NCBI GenBank assembly: GCA_036399275.1
Contig: DASWNK010000084.1
Span: forward strand, 8,350-72,349
DNA length: 64,000 bases
Source of the DNA: Bacteroidia bacterium
Lineage (GTDB): Bacteria > Bacteroidota > Bacteroidia > 2-12-FULL-35-15
Reading direction: 5' to 3'
Shown: positions 62,038 to 64,000 of the stretch, piece by piece
How positions within the stretch are numbered: the first letter of the stretch is position 1
Layout: every line of letters starts with the position of its first letter
Notes under the pieces: model-generated
What the model saw: only the letters and a program-made list of their open reading frames with translations
What the model was told of the DNA's origin: nothing
The model's database searches: none
Program-made: the position numbers and the translations under genes

Positions 62038-64000
62038 TTAGTTTAAATAAGTCTTAGCCTTTTCAAGTGCTTTGGCAATGCCTTGCAAATTGCTTCCACC
62101 AGCATTCGCATAGAATGGTTGTCCACCACCGCCGCCCTGGATCTCCTTCGCGATGTCCCGCATGATCGTTCCGGCATTCAGATTTTTATCTTTCACGAGA
62201 TTATCGGATATAATAATAGACAAGCTTGGTTTGCCTTTCACCTCAGCGCCGATCACCATGAATAAATTGTCCACCTGGCTGCGCACATCATACAGAAGAT
62301 CTTTAATGGCATCTGCCGAATCAAGATCGATTTTCGCAGCAATAAAATTAATTCCGTTGATGTTTTGTTGTTTAGCAAGTAATTCCGTTTTTAATCCTTT
62401 TGCTTTTTCACGTAGCATCTGATCAATCTGCTTTTGCAACTCGGAATTATGTTCCATTAAACCTTGCAAACTTTTCACCACATCTTTCGGATTCTTCAGC
62501 ATCGCTTTCACTTCGTTCACCAGAGCTGTTTGCTGATTAAAGAACTCTTCCGCTTTCACCGAAGTCATCGCTTCAATACGGCGAATACCGGCAGCAACTG
62601 CGCCTTCTGAAACAATTTTGAACAAGCCGATTTGTCCGGTTGCAGGAACGTGGGTCCCTCCGCATAATTCGATGGAATACCTTTTATCGAACGTCACCAC
62701 ACGAACCAGGTCGCCGTATTTTTCGCCAAACAAAGCCATTGCGCCTGTTTTACGTGCTTCATCAATCGGCATTTCTTTAATGTCGGATGAAATATTCTCA
62801 CGAATCTTTTGATTTACCAGATGTTCTATCTGAGCAAGCTCTTCATCTGTTACTTTCGAAAAGTGTGAAAAGTCGAAACGCAAATGTTCATCATTTACCA
62901 AAGAGCCTTTTTGTTCGACATGTGTTCCGAGGATCTGGCGCAAAGCAGCATGCATTAAATGTGTAGCGCTGTGATTGTTCTCCGTCAATCTGCGTCGTTC
63001 TGCATCCACTTTCGCGGTAAAAGTCTGAGTGAAATTTCCAGGAAGCTTATCAGCAAAATGAATGATAATACCATTCTCTTTCTTAGTATCGGTGATCGTG
63101 ATCGTTTCATTTGCCGAGTCAAGCACACCGATATCGCCCACTTGTCCACCACTCTCCGCATAAAAAGGAGTTTTATCAAGTACTACCTGGAACTGCTCTT
63201 TGCCTTTTGCTTTTACTTTTCTATATTGAATGATTTTTACTTCCGCTTCCAATTGCTTGTAGCCAACAAAATCTCTTCCACCTTCTTCTGATTTCCTGCC
63301 TTCCACCAGCATCCAATCGCCGGTATCAACAGCAGTTGCTTCACGGGAACGGGTCTTTTGTTTTTCCAGCTCCTTTTGAAACCCTTCTTCATCAATGCTT
63401 AAGCCGTAGCCTCTTGCGATCAGTGAGGTAAGATCGATCGGAAAACCGAAGGTATCGTACAATTCAAAGACGGTAGGTCCGTCAACAATTTGTCGTTTCT
63501 CTTTAATAGCCGTAGCACAAACCTGGTCGATGCGTTTCAATCCATTTTCTAACGTGCGGAAGAAAGCTATCTCTTCTTCTTTGATTACTTTTTCGATCAG
63601 CAGTTTCTGAGAAACCAGTTCCGGAAATGCTTGTCCCATTTGATGAGCAAGCACCGGCACCAAGCGGTGCATGAAAGGCTCTTTCAGGTTAAGTGACTGA
63701 TAGCCGTAACGAATCGCTCTTCTCAAAATCCTGCGGATTACATAACCGGCTCCGGTATTGGAAGGCAATTGTCCATCCGCAATACTGAAAGAGATCGCAC
63801 GAATATGATCAGCGATCACACGCATTGCAATATTAATGATCAGTTGTTTCGGATGTTTTTCTTCATCCTGTGGTTTGTAACGCAAACCGGAAAGGTCTTC
63901 GATTTTATCAATTACCGGTTTAAAAACATCGGTATCGTAATTGGATTGCTTGCCTTGTAATACACGCACCAAACGCTCAAAACCCATTCCGGTATCCACA
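62038..64000 (-). CDS. alaS: Alanine--tRNA ligase, C-terminal about 650 aa (5' part lies beyond the right window edge)
   Basis: The motifs are MDTGMGFERL, the editing-domain H..H and CGGTHV motifs, and a C-terminal DHHA1-like GGGG...A.AGG. The ORF is open to the window end. Confidence 0.95.
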   Translation of the reverse strand, partial: VDTGMGFERLVRVLQGKQSNYDTDVFKPVIDKIEDLSGLRYKPQDEEKHPKQLIINIAMRVIADHIRAISFSIADGQLPSNTGAGYVIRRILRRAIRYGYQSLNLKEPFMHRLVPVLAHQMGQAFPELVSQKLLIEKVIKEEEIAFFRTLENGLKRIDQVCATAIKEKRQIVDGPTVFELYDTFGFPIDLTSLIARGYGLSIDEEGFQKELEKQKTRSREATAVDTGDWMLVEGRKSEEGGRDFVGYKQLEAEVKIIQYRKVKAKGKEQFQVVLDKTPFYAESGGQVGDIGVLDSANETITITDTKKENGIIIHFADKLPGNFTQTFTAKVDAERRRLTENNHSATHLMHAALRQILGTHVEQKGSLVNDEHLRFDFSHFSKVTDEELAQIEHLVNQKIRENISSDIKEMPIDEARKTGAMALFGEKYGDLVRVVTFDKRYSIELCGGTHVPATGQIGLFKIVSEGAVAAGIRRIEAMTSVKAEEFFNQQTALVNEVKAMLKNPKDVVKSLQGLMEHNSELQKQIDQMLREKAKGLKTELLAKQQNINGINFIAAKIDLDSADAIKDLLYDVRSQVDNLFMVIGAEVKGKPSLSIIISDNLVKDKNLNAGTIMRDIAKEIQGGGGGQPFYANAGGSNLQGIAKALEKAKTYLN

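Overview
This is a chromosomal segment from a Bacteroidota genome. The assignment is inferred from three secreted enzymes carrying T9SS-type C-terminal sorting domains, TTTG-N19-TAnnTTTG promoter motifs, many lipoprotein signal peptides, and the housekeeping gene set. From about 5.3 kb to 64 kb the window is ordinary, tightly packed core genome. It holds gyrB, ftsE, murB, holA, purB, radC, rpsT, tRNA-Glu, proS, lpxK, a purine nucleoside phosphorylase, gatB, lpxH, gap, lipA, ung and a partial alaS. It also holds peptidases (M3, S8, M1), glycosyltransferases, outer-membrane barrels, a TonB-dependent receptor and redox proteins (OsmC, YtxJ, TlpA-like). I saw no integrase, transposase, CRISPR array, cas gene, rRNA or obvious prophage. 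The unusual part is the first 5.2 kb. It contains three paralogous secreted proteins with a shared conserved N-terminal module, Gly-X-Thr collagen-like repeats of very different length (15, 38 and about 60 triplets) and swapped C-terminal heads. One head is a phage-tail-fibre S74 autochaperone domain. Two of the three genes are each followed by a small secreted disordered protein. The locus is preceded by a promoter-like motif and a roughly 400-nt leader carrying three exact 15-bp direct repeats at 49-bp phase. Other points worth a second look: (1) a perfectly phased 15 x 21-bp tandem repeat between the TonB receptor gene and gap; (2) a minimal caspase/CHAT-like His-Cys protein next to an EVE-domain protein; (3) a Tyr/Asn/Gly-rich lipoprotein; (4) two unannotated mini-lipoprotein genes upstream of ytxJ; (5) a cutinase/PETase-like esterase with a T9SS tail. 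All functional calls come from reading motifs by eye. No database search was run.
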